The notes beneath the pieces are model-generated. The model saw only the letters and a list, made by a program, of their open reading frames with translations, had not been told where the DNA came from and did not search any database. A program made the translations under genes and the position numbers. 64,000 bases of DNA from positions 5,075 to 69,074 of the forward strand of contig DATHOG010000219.1 in NCBI GenBank assembly GCA_035485115.1, written 5' to 3'. Below, piece after piece: positions 55,799 through 64,000 of the stretch. The stretch comes from Candidatus Sulfotelmatobacter sp. (GTDB lineage: Bacteria > Verrucomicrobiota > Verrucomicrobiia > Limisphaerales > UBA11358). Each line of letters begins with the position of its first letter. Positions within the stretch are counted from its first letter, which is position 1.

Positions 55799-56875
55799 AT
55801 GGGATATAAGCTGTACCGCCTGCTGGCCATTTTGATTTTTCTGGGTTTTTCCTGGGGTGCCCGGGCGCAAGTCCTTGAGCCGATCAGCATGGATTTCCAG
55901 ATCCAATTCCAACCCGTGGGTGATGATACCAACAGCCCGGAATTTTCCGGTCCGGCCTATTTTTCCAACGTCGTGCCCGACCCATACACGCCTTCGTTCT
56001 ATTATATCTTCGCCGTCACCGACACCCTGGAATTTTCCGAAGATCTTTACACCCGGCCGGCCGACATACTTTTTCTGAAAAAGGATAAACAGGGAGAAGT
56101 CTCGGTCATCACCACTTATACGAACTTCTCCGATTACACCGGCACGGGTGATTACTATTTCGATGCCTCCGTCCGGTTGACCAAACCACAGATATCCGCC
56201 CTTGTCTCCGGCGAACTTTATTTGCAGATCGATTTTCCGACCAACAGCTACCTCGGCCGGATTTTACCGTTTTCCTACGATGACAATGGTCATACCAATT
56301 ACGTGTACCTCGGTCCCCAGGCCTTTTTTGATTTTAAAACGCCCAATTACCGGCCCATTTCCATCGGCGTCACCTACATCACCGGCCGCACACCCTATGC
56401 GGATATCGATGTCAGCGGCGATGCTTCCCTTGATCCGTTTTATTTGCCCATGAGTTTCTCCTGGTCCATCTATCAAGGCCTGCGGGGGGGACCATTGCTC
56501 TTCAACCGGACCGGAACGAGCTGGCGCTACAACTTTGCCCCCGGCTATTACACCCTCAACTTACAGGCGCGCGACCGCTACGGCGCCGGCCAATGGGCTT
56601 ACACCACCATTGTCGTGGAAACAACCCAACAATCAGTCAACGACATGATTTCCAACGTCCAATCGGGAGCCTACGACAATCGAACCGCTCAAAAATTTGT
56701 CGCCATCCTTCAACAAGCCTCAAGTTATTTTGGTCAAAATAACTGGCAGGCCGGGTGCGCCCAATTGAAATTATTTGCCGGCTCGTTGAAACCAAGGCAG
56801 TTCCCGGCTTATATTTACGACTATCTGGTTATCAACACCCAAAACATCTGCGCCACCTTGGGGTATAAAAATTGA
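55799..56875 (+). CDS. Secreted hypothetical protein (lower GC)
   Basis: ATG at 55799: MGYKLYRLLAILIFLGFSWGARA signal peptide; Tyr/Asp/Thr-rich beta-type body. Confidence 0.55.
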   Translation: MGYKLYRLLAILIFLGFSWGARAQVLEPISMDFQIQFQPVGDDTNSPEFSGPAYFSNVVPDPYTPSFYYIFAVTDTLEFSEDLYTRPADILFLKKDKQGEVSVITTYTNFSDYTGTGDYYFDASVRLTKPQISALVSGELYLQIDFPTNSYLGRILPFSYDDNGHTNYVYLGPQAFFDFKTPNYRPISIGVTYITGRTPYADIDVSGDASLDPFYLPMSFSWSIYQGLRGGPLLFNRTGTSWRYNFAPGYYTLNLQARDRYGAGQWAYTTIVVETTQQSVNDMISNVQSGAYDNRTAQKFVAILQQASSYFGQNNWQAGCAQLKLFAGSLKPRQFPAYIYDYLVINTQNICATLGYKN

Positions 56876-56924
56876 AGCCAAGCCCGGCCATGACCCATAC
56901 CAGCCAGCCGACACCCATTCGCCT

Positions 56925-57149
56925 ATGAAACCACGAGACCTGTTCAAATTGGCCGTCCGCATCTTGGGACTGATATTTTTATATCACGGCTTGATGTCTG
57001 TGCCGGTCCTGTTTCAAGGCATCTACGGCAGCTTTCGCAACGCGATTGGCATGATCATCGCCGTCGGTTGGCCCCTTGTCGTCGCCGTCGCCCTGCTCGG
57101 CTTCGCGGCAAAATTCACCGACTTCTTTTATCCAAAATCGGAGGATTGA
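56925..57149 (+). CDS. Small two-TM membrane protein
   Basis: 74 aa with two clear hydrophobic helices. Confidence 0.45.
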   Translation: MKPRDLFKLAVRILGLIFLYHGLMSVPVLFQGIYGSFRNAIGMIIAVGWPLVVAVALLGFAAKFTDFFYPKSED

Positions 57150-57512
57150 TGCCCGTCCGGGGGAGTGTCCGACTCGGACCTCGCCGCCGCACACCACATT
57201 GGGAATTTTTAAGACACGCCTTGGAACGCGCCTCAGCCTCGGCGTGCCCCAACGGGGACCTCTGCAAAACCATTTGATCGACGTGTTGCGTTGGAAAAGC
57301 GGTAGAGGGCTACCGCAGTCCAAGACGCCAGCGCGTTGACGATGGTTCTCGAACTTCGCGAAGCGTCTTGGAGTGCGCCAGTCTTCTGGCGCTTTTTCGT
57401 CCGATACACGTGGGTCGTGTTCCGGCAAAATGCTGTAACTTTTGCAGAGATTTCTGAAAACGGTTGAACCATCTTTATACGTCCGGAACCAGATCGGTGA
57501 CTGGACAAATAA

Positions 57513-58691
57513 TCAGGGTTTCGGGACCAAACCCGCCGCCCCGACCACCATCATCTTGGGTGAGGGCGCGGCCTTGGCCGACCGTTGCTGGGTCGAATGC
57601 GTGAGGTCCAGCCGCTGGCGCATGGTCTGCTTGTTGATGCTGTATTGCATCGCGGTTTCCTCGGTGATGTCGCCGGCGAGAAAGGCTTTCAACAGGGATT
57701 GCTCGAAACTATGCCAGCCGCCCGTGGTGCCGGCCTCGATGATGTCGTGCAGGCGGCGGTTGTCGTTTTCGCCCAGTTCAATCGCCTCGCGCGTGCGCAG
57801 GCTGCTGCCCATGAACTCCGTGACCAGCAGGCGGCCGCCGGATATTTTAGGCACCAGCCGCTGGCCGACGACATAACGCAGGGAGCCGGCCAGGCGTTCG
57901 CGCACCAGCTGCTCCTCGTCCTTGCCGAAAAAGCCGAGGATGCGCTGGATCGTCTGGCTTCCGCTGATGGTGTGCAGGGTGGCGAAAACCAAATGGCCCG
58001 TCTCGCCCGCCGTGAGCGCGATCTCCATCGTCTCGCGGTCGCGGATTTCGCCGACCAAAATCACCTTCGGCGCCTGGCGCAGGGAAGAACGCAGGGCGTC
58101 CGGGAAACTGAAAAAATCGCGGCCAAGCTCGCGCTGGCTGAAGGTGGACTTCAACCGCGGATGCATGAATTCAATCGGATCCTCAAGCGTCACCACATGG
58201 ACCTTGTTCGAGAGGTTGATCTCGTTCAGCAACGCCGCGAGCGTCGTGGTCTTGCCGTTGCCCGTGCCGCCGGTGACGAACACCAGGCCGTTCCTTTCCT
58301 GGATGATATTTTTAAAAATCGGCGGCAGGTTGAGCGATTCGAGCGACGGCACCACCGGGGCCAGCCGGCGCATCACCATGGCCAGGCTCCCGCGTTGCTT
58401 GTAGATATTCACGCGGAAACGGCACGTGTCCACGAGGGCATAGCTGCAATCACACGCGCCGGTACGGCTCAAATCTTCCTGGAGCTTGGGATTGCCGCCG
58501 ATGATCACGCGCGCGAAGTCCTCGATGCGCGGGCCGGTCAACACCGGCTCGCCGAGCGACACCGTCTCCAATTGTCCGTGGACCTCCACCTGCGGCAGGC
58601 TGCCGGGTACGAACAACAGGTCGGAAATGTCCTGTTGGCTCTCGACCATCAGGCTCAACAGGCGGTTGAAGTCTTGGTTAAGTGTTTCCAT
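57513..58691 (-). CDS. pilT: Type IV pilus retraction ATPase PilT family
   Basis: Walker A GGTGNGKTTTLAALLNEIN; HVVTLEDPIEF; ALRSSLRQAPKVILVGEIRDRET; ~45 aa C-terminal extension. Confidence 0.85.
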   Translation of the reverse strand: METLNQDFNRLLSLMVESQQDISDLLFVPGSLPQVEVHGQLETVSLGEPVLTGPRIEDFARVIIGGNPKLQEDLSRTGACDCSYALVDTCRFRVNIYKQRGSLAMVMRRLAPVVPSLESLNLPPIFKNIIQERNGLVFVTGGTGNGKTTTLAALLNEINLSNKVHVVTLEDPIEFMHPRLKSTFSQRELGRDFFSFPDALRSSLRQAPKVILVGEIRDRETMEIALTAGETGHLVFATLHTISGSQTIQRILGFFGKDEEQLVRERLAGSLRYVVGQRLVPKISGGRLLVTEFMGSSLRTREAIELGENDNRRLHDIIEAGTTGGWHSFEQSLLKAFLAGDITEETAMQYSINKQTMRQRLDLTHSTQQRSAKAAPSPKMMVVGAAGLVPKP

Positions 58692-59151
58692 ACGTCAGAT
58701 TTTGTTGCGAAACCATACCCCCGATCGGGCCAAGTTCAAGCGGACCGGCCAAAAACCGTTTTCGGAATGCGTTCCTCTGCCTCCACGAACTGTCGGGCCA
58801 TGCTGCTCGAACAATTCACACCGTAAAATTTTACCGGCCCCGCCCAGATTGTCGAATTGAAAAACCCGCTCCGCAGTCAGTATCTGGCGAACAATCCCAA
58901 ATCGTAATCCTAATCATGGTAGGGCGGTCGCTGCCGCGCCGCCCAAACTTACCCCAACGGGGTAACGTCATCCAGCCCAGGGTTGATTCGAGCCGGACGG
59001 CGAGAATCTACCCTGGGTTACCGACAAAAAATTCCTTCAACCCTGAAGGTGGTTGAACCATCTTGATTTCCCACCAGCCGACATCAGGAAGCTCAAATAA
59101 CTTTTACTTTTTTCTATTGACCACGAGCCCCAATGAGCGACCCGTTTCCTC

Positions 59152-59688
59152 TCATTCAACTTTAATCTCAATTTCGTTGGAAACCACTTTGAACCAATCA
59201 CCGCCAATTCGCCGAAATTCTTTTTGAATCCTCACACGATATATCCCTTTTGCCTTAAAATCAAAAAGCTCACTTAGCGGATAAATTTGCCAGTCTGTCA
59301 TGCCTTCACCCGGCTTGAGTATCTTAGTAATAAGACTGCCACCAATGTCTTCGTGGTTATAAACTGTGTCTGCTGGTTTCGAATTTGTTTGTATGTCTTT
59401 TGCGGTAAAGTTGACGAAAACATCATAATTACTCCGGCAATACATGAAACCGATTGTAAGATTGTTGGTGCCAAGGTTTTTAATATTAATCGTTAACCCG
59501 TAACACCCGTTTGTCAGCTTGTTCGTGGCCGAAATGGATAGCGCGACACCTTGGTTCACCGGTCCCCACACTTGGTTGGTTTGCTCCTGGCTTGCGGGTT
59601 CAACGGCGCATGCTGTTTTCACATAAAATCCAAAGAGACAAACCACAATTATTGATAGCAACGATGACGCCGTCAGATAATTTTTCAT
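59152..59688 (-). CDS. Secreted hypothetical protein in an AT-rich islet
   Basis: Internal ATG MKNYLTASSLLSIIVVCLFGF; region visibly AT-richer than its surroundings. Confidence 0.5.
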   Translation of the reverse strand: MKNYLTASSLLSIIVVCLFGFYVKTACAVEPASQEQTNQVWGPVNQGVALSISATNKLTNGCYGLTINIKNLGTNNLTIGFMYCRSNYDVFVNFTAKDIQTNSKPADTVYNHEDIGGSLITKILKPGEGMTDWQIYPLSELFDFKAKGIYRVRIQKEFRRIGGDWFKVVSNEIEIKVE

Positions 59689-59775
59689 TAGGTTCAAGAG
59701 CTTTTTATCCAGGCTGCAAGCATATTGCGGCGAAAAGGGGCCCAATTACTGCACCTTTTCATTTATCCGCCGCCC

Positions 59776-60309
59776 CTACCCGCCGATCCGGTACGAAATC
59801 TTTTTCACCACGGATTTGCCAAAACTGTTCTGCAGCCGTTCCAGGATCTCCTTGCGACGGTAGCGGACGATTTCCGAGAGCCACGGGCTGCTGTCCACGT
59901 TCACAAACAGGGTGCCGTTGTGCAGATTGGCCGGCTGCGCATGGGCCGTGATCGAGGGATCGATCTGTGAATTCCAGACCTTGACGATCTCTGCATCGCC
60001 CCGGCGCGCATCCAGTTTAAGGTCCTTGAACAGTTGCGGAATCAAGTCGGCGGCGTGTTTCGCCTGGGTGGCCCGCGCCTTTTCCAGCGGCGCATAGTCC
60101 ACGCCCCGCCACTGCGCCAGCACCTGCCGCCGCGCGCGTCCGGAATTGTTCTTCGTCGCCACGGCGACAATAAACCACACCCGCCGCCCGCCTGCACGTG
60201 GAAATGGTGGTAGGGACGGTGCGCCGCGCCGTCCGCGACCGAGCGAAGTCGAGGTCGCAACGAACGTTAGAGAGGCGCGTTTCCCCATCCGCTTCCGGCG
60301 GTCCCGCAT
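59776..60309 (-). CDS. DUF721 (DciA-like) domain protein; start uncertain
   Basis: C-terminal 110 aa (IVKVWNSQIDPSITAHAQPANLHNGTLFVNVDSSPWLSEIVRYRRKEILERL) fit DUF721. The Arg-rich N-terminal ~55 aa may be non-coding (internal GTG starts possible). Confidence 0.6.
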   Translation of the reverse strand: MRDRRKRMGKRASLTFVATSTSLGRGRRGAPSLPPFPRAGGRRVWFIVAVATKNNSGRARRQVLAQWRGVDYAPLEKARATQAKHAADLIPQLFKDLKLDARRGDAEIVKVWNSQIDPSITAHAQPANLHNGTLFVNVDSSPWLSEIVRYRRKEILERLQNSFGKSVVKKISYRIGG

Positions 60310-60395
60310 GCGGGACCGGAGACAGCGCGATGTCCCTGCCCGTTACCGTGGAAAGAACATTGCGCCCGCGCCCGCCGCGCATAAACTTTCTCCTC

Positions 60396-61157
60396 ATGAA
60401 CGCCATCGTGCGCAGCGGACACCGGATTTCACTCCGGCTTGAGATTGCGTGCGAATTTGCCGCCGTCCGCACCGCCGTCACCCAGATCCACGCCTGGCTC
60501 GCCGAAAAGAAATTCCCCGAGGCCGAACTTGGCGCGTGGGAGCTGGCGCTCATCGAGGCCGGCAATAATGCGGTGAAATACGCGCCCGATTCCGCAAAAA
60601 ATCTGCCCGTCATCTTCGAGATCTCCGCCGGCGACCGTGATATCGAGGCGCGCGTGACGGACCATACCGCCGGTTTTGACTGGCCGGCTGAAATCAAATT
60701 GCCGGAGGCCGGCGCCGAACGCGGGCGCGGAATCTATCTGATGAAGTCGCTGACGGACGAAATTCTTTACCTCCGTTCGACCGGTAAAAACACGCTCATC
60801 CTGCGCCGGGCGCGGCCGGCGGCCACCGACATCCTGCCGGATGTCGCCCAACTCCAGCAAAAACTCGCCGACGCCGAAACGGCCCTGATGGACATGACCT
60901 CCGAACTGTCGACCAGCTATGAAAGTCTGGTCGCGCTGTTCCGTTACAGCTCCGAGCTGGGGGCGCAGACGGATGTGAAGGAATTTTCGCGGAGGCTTTT
61001 GGAAGATCTCGCGCAACTGGCCGAAGCCGACGGCGCGGTCCTGCGGCTGGTTTCCGCCGACGGTAAAAATTTGGAGACGCAGCTTGTCCTGCCGGAAACA
61101 AACCCCGTTCCGCTGCCGCCGGCCCTGCTGACCGACGATATTTTGAAATCGGTCTAG
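60396..61157 (+). CDS. RsbW/SpoIIAB-like anti-sigma Ser kinase domain plus N-terminal half of a GAF-like domain; ends at an in-frame TAG
   Basis: ELALIEAGNNAVKYAP and ERGRGIYLMKSL (HATPase_c_2 motifs); same frame as the next ORF. Confidence 0.6.
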   Translation: MNAIVRSGHRISLRLEIACEFAAVRTAVTQIHAWLAEKKFPEAELGAWELALIEAGNNAVKYAPDSAKNLPVIFEISAGDRDIEARVTDHTAGFDWPAEIKLPEAGAERGRGIYLMKSLTDEILYLRSTGKNTLILRRARPAATDILPDVAQLQQKLADAETALMDMTSELSTSYESLVALFRYSSELGAQTDVKEFSRRLLEDLAQLAEADGAVLRLVSADGKNLETQLVLPETNPVPLPPALLTDDILKSV

Positions 61158-62165
61158 GTGCGCGCGGCGCGTTCGCGGCAGGACATCTGGTTCAGCCCCG
61201 AGGAACCGATGGATAAAAACGACCCGTTGCGCGCGGTGATGCCGGTGGGCAACGGCGTCTGCCACGCGTTTTTTGTCGCGGACCAATTGGTCGGCACGGC
61301 GACGCTCGGGCGGCGGGCGGCGAACAAGCCGTTCACCGCCGCGCAGGTGAACCTGTTGCACACCTTCGTGGATTTTCTGGCGATCCAGCTCGTGAACGCC
61401 CGGTTGCTCGACGAGCGCACGATGTTGCGCGTGACGCGGCGCGAACTGGAGATCGCGGCGGACATCCAGCGTTCGCTGCTGCCGGCCACGCTGCCGGTTT
61501 GTAAACCGTTCGAGATTTCGGCGGGCTGCCAGAGCGCCTTGCAGGTCGGCGGTGACTTTTATGACGTGATCCCGGCGGGCGACGGCGCGGCGCTGGTCGT
61601 CATCGCGGACGTGATGGGCAAGGGCGTGCCGGCCGCGCTCTTCGCGGCGGTATTGCGCAGCACGCTGCGCTCGATGCCGCAGTTGTTTTCGCTGCCGGGT
61701 GAACTGCTCGCGGCGGCGAACCGGATCCTGCACGATGACTTGTCACGCGTGAACATGTTCATCACGGCGAAAGTGATCTTTTTGAACGCGCGCTGGGGAC
61801 GGATCATTGCGGCGAGCGCGGGGCATTGTCCGCTGCTGATTTCCGGCGCGCCCGAGAAGGACGGCCCGCGCAATTCCGGCCTGCCGCTCGGCATCGAGCC
61901 CAAGGTTTTTTATCCGCAAACCGTGCACACGCTCGCGCCCGGCACCGCCGCCATGCTGTTCACCGACGGCCTGAGCGAGACGCGCAACCCGGCGGGCGAA
62001 CAGCTTGGCGAGAAACGCTTGCAGCAGTTCCTGTCCGGGGCCGCGGACAAGGCGCAAAACGCGAATGAGGTGAAAGATTTTGTCCTGGAGCGCCTCGTGG
62101 AATTCCGCGGCGCCGCCGCGCTCACGGATGACCAGACTTTTGTGATAATCAGAAATCAGAAATGA
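61158..62165 (+). CDS. PP2C/SpoIIE-family phosphatase (with C-terminal half of the GAF-like domain)
   Basis: GGDFYDVIP, VVIADVMGKGVPAALFAAVLRS, FTDGLSE, TDDQTFVII; the ORF opens immediately after the TAG at 61155-61157. Confidence 0.8.
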   Translation: MRAARSRQDIWFSPEEPMDKNDPLRAVMPVGNGVCHAFFVADQLVGTATLGRRAANKPFTAAQVNLLHTFVDFLAIQLVNARLLDERTMLRVTRRELEIAADIQRSLLPATLPVCKPFEISAGCQSALQVGGDFYDVIPAGDGAALVVIADVMGKGVPAALFAAVLRSTLRSMPQLFSLPGELLAAANRILHDDLSRVNMFITAKVIFLNARWGRIIAASAGHCPLLISGAPEKDGPRNSGLPLGIEPKVFYPQTVHTLAPGTAAMLFTDGLSETRNPAGEQLGEKRLQQFLSGAADKAQNANEVKDFVLERLVEFRGAAALTDDQTFVIIRNQK

Positions 62166-62530
62166 ACCCGAAAAAAATCCTCGTGGCAGACGACGAAGTG
62201 TACATGCTCCGCCTTCTGGAAATGACCTTTAAAAAGGGCGGCTATGAAGTCATCAGCTGCCGCGACGGCAAGGAAGCGCTGACGCTGGCCGCCACCGCGC
62301 TGCCGCAGCTCATCGTGCTGGACGTGATGATGCCCGGACTGGACGGCCTCGGCGCATTGCGGCAGTTGAAGGAAAACCCCGCGACGAAGGAAATTCCCGT
62401 TGTCGTCCTGTCGGCCAAAGGTCATGCCCTGACGAAAGTGGAAGCCGAGGCCTCCGGCGCAGTTTTGTTCCTGGCCAAGCCATTCAGCCCGAACGAACTT
62501 TTGAGCGCCACGCAAAAAATCATCGGTTAA
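62162..62530 (+). CDS. CheY-like response regulator receiver protein
   Basis: ILVADDE...LIVLDVMMPGLDG...VLSAKG...KPF; ATGA overlap with the phosphatase stop. Confidence 0.9.
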   Translation: MNPKKILVADDEVYMLRLLEMTFKKGGYEVISCRDGKEALTLAATALPQLIVLDVMMPGLDGLGALRQLKENPATKEIPVVVLSAKGHALTKVEAEASGAVLFLAKPFSPNELLSATQKIIG

Positions 62531-62607
62531 GAATAATTGCCCTGTCTTGGCGAATTACAAACAGCCAGCGGCTCGAGTAATTCTCGTGAAGGTGAAATGT
62601 CCAACCG

Positions 62608-62657
62608 CTGTTCCCTCTCCCAGCGGGAGAGGGTTAGGGTGAGGGAGAGAGCGCGGC
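62608..62657 (+). repeat. REP-like element copy 3
   Basis: GCTGTTCCCTCTCCCAGCGGGAGAGGGTTAGGGTGAGGGAGAGAGCGCGG between convergent genes. Confidence 0.9.
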
Positions 62658-62677
62658 AACGAACATGATTACATGCT

Positions 62678-64000
62678 CTAAATAATTTTCGCCACAATTT
62701 CCCGCGCCTGCCGGATCAGATTCAAATCTTCCGCCAGGTTCCCGAAGCGCAATTTCATCGCTCCGCTTTGCTGCTGGCCGAGCAATTCTCCTGGTCCGCG
62801 CAATTTCAAATCCGCCTCGGAAATTTTGAAACCGTCGTTCGACTCCTCCAAAATTTTCAGGCGCGCCTGCGCCTCCCGGTCCTGCGCGTCGGAGATCAAG
62901 ATGCAAAAACTCTCATGCGCGCCGCGCCCGATGCGTCCGCGCAACTGGTGCAATTGTGCCAGCCCGAAATGCTCGGCGTTCTCGATGAGCATCACGGTGG
63001 CGTTCGGCACATCCACGCCGACCTCGATGAGCGAGGTGGCGACCAGCGCCTGGATCTTGTTCGCGCGGAAATCCGCCATCGTCTTTTCCTTGTCGATGGC
63101 CTTGATCCTTCCGTGCAGCAGCCCGGCTTGAAATCCATCCAGTGCGCGCCGCACATTTTCAAATTCCTTCGTCACGGCCTTGATGTCCTTGTCCGTGTCC
63201 GCAACCTCGACGCGCGGATAAACGATGTAGGCCTGTCGCCCGGCGGAAAGTTTTTCGCGGATAAACTCAAAGACCTTCGGCAGCTTTTCCGTGGTGCGGA
63301 CAAAGGTTTTTAATATCCCGCGGCCGGCCGGCATCTCATCGATCGTCGAGACATCCAGATCGCCGTAAAGCGTCAGGCCCAGCGTGCGCGGGATCGGCGT
63401 TGCCGTCATCACCAGCAGATGCGGATAATCTCCCTTCCGTACGAGCGTCTCGCGCTGGGTCACGCCAAACTTGTGCTGCTCGTCTATGATGACGAGGCCG
63501 AGCTTGGGCAGATCGAAGCCGCCCGTGAGCAATGCGTGCGTGCCAATGAATAATATTGGCGATTGGCGATTGGCGATTGGCGATTTTTCCAAAGTTTTTC
63601 GACTGGCGGTCTGCATTTCAACTTGAATCCCCAGCGGCTCGAACCATTTTGAAAAATTCCGGAAATGTTGTTCGGCCAGGATTTCGGTTGGCGCCATCAA
63701 TGCAACGTTGAAACCGCTTTCCAGGGCCATCAAGGCCGCGCAGGCCGCGACGGCGGTTTTTCCTGAGCCGACATCGCCCTGCAAAAGCCGTCGCATCGGA
63801 TGTTTGCCGCCCAGGTCCGCCCGGATTTCGCGGAGCACCGTCGTTTGGGCCTCCGTCAATTTGAAACCAAGTCCGGCGAGAAAGGGTTTCATCAAACGAT
63901 TGTCGCCGCCGCAGGGCAGCGCCTTCGCGGTCGCCTCGAATTTTTTCCGGCGCGACTGGATTTGGGTTTGCAGCTCCACGAATTCATCCAGCGCCAGCCG
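62678..64000 (-). CDS. recG: ATP-dependent DNA helicase RecG (3' part; runs off the window)
   Basis: LTEAQ...LLQGDVGSGKTAVA (motif I), DEQHKFG, MTATPIPRTL, QLRGRIGRG; reading frame open to position 64000. Confidence 0.9.
   Translation of the reverse strand, partial: RLALDEFVELQTQIQSRRKKFEATAKALPCGGDNRLMKPFLAGLGFKLTEAQTTVLREIRADLGGKHPMRRLLQGDVGSGKTAVAACAALMALESGFNVALMAPTEILAEQHFRNFSKWFEPLGIQVEMQTASRKTLEKSPIANRQSPILFIGTHALLTGGFDLPKLGLVIIDEQHKFGVTQRETLVRKGDYPHLLVMTATPIPRTLGLTLYGDLDVSTIDEMPAGRGILKTFVRTTEKLPKVFEFIREKLSAGRQAYIVYPRVEVADTDKDIKAVTKEFENVRRALDGFQAGLLHGRIKAIDKEKTMADFRANKIQALVATSLIEVGVDVPNATVMLIENAEHFGLAQLHQLRGRIGRGAHESFCILISDAQDREAQARLKILEESNDGFKISEADLKLRGPGELLGQQQSGAMKLRFGNLAEDLNLIRQAREIVAKII
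63555..63582. repeat. Four tandem heptamers (ATTGGCG) inside recG coding sequence
   Basis: ATTGGCG x4 on the plus strand, translated as SPIANRQSPI just before the conserved GTHAL motif. Confidence 0.9.

Noticed and set aside
55582-55932. 116-aa minus-strand ORF upstream of or overlapping the secreted-protein gene
   Set aside because: It covers the heptamer repeat array and the 5' end of a gene that has a clear signal peptide. It has no supporting features.
56979-57508. ORFs 56979..57428 (149 aa), 57233..57508 (91 aa) and 58682..59056 (124 aa) in the spacers flanking pilT
   Set aside because: They translate hairpin-rich REP/MITE-like spacers (the peptides resemble the recurrent junk peptides of such repeats). 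They overlap each other and a better small membrane ORF.

Overview
This is a GC-rich bacterial window. The host genes suggest a PVC-group (Verrucomicrobiota/Planctomycetota-like) genome, based on a prepilin-type H-X9-DG protein and many REP-like intergenic repeats. It falls into three blocks.

(A) 1-9.8 kb, host DNA. It holds a Rieske protein, an OM beta-barrel, a prepilin-like protein and an AEC transporter. It also holds a minus-strand Cu/Ag-type heavy-metal efflux operon (CusA/CusB-like RND pump surrounded by four small exported Cys/Met-rich proteins) and an SDR epimerase.

(B) about 9,818-52,744, an apparently complete ~43 kb Mu-like transposable prophage. It has imperfect terminal inverted repeats, repeated end-site motifs and a 4-5 bp target duplication (ACGC/AACGC).
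- A divergent pair of paralogous ribbon-helix-helix regulators near 23.6 kb separates the two arms.
- The leftward arm is a translationally coupled early operon: MuA-like DDE transposase, MuB-like AAA+ ATPase, DUF3102, a pentapeptide-repeat protein, a phage DnaB helicase, a possible Mor-like activator and many small ORFs.
- The rightward arm starts with a repressor-side cassette: lipoprotein, micro-ORF, a ~240 bp array of mini-palindromes, a terminator and an OM beta-barrel.
- It continues with lysis genes, terminase, DUF935 portal, Mu-I protease/scaffold, capsid, connector, tail tube, fibre-like/SGNH proteins, tape measure and two giant tail-tip proteins.

(C) 52.7-64 kb, host DNA. It holds a PanB-like enzyme, a Ppx/GppA phosphatase, a ~0.9 kb ORF-poor repeat-rich spacer, secreted proteins, a PilT ATPase and DUF721. 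It also holds an RsbW-GAF-PP2C partner-switching gene interrupted by one in-frame TAG, a CheY-like receiver and the 3' part of recG.

I recognised no rRNA, tRNA or CRISPR array. Many long ORFs in the track are antisense artefacts of the high GC content. All family assignments come from motif recognition by eye, not from searches.
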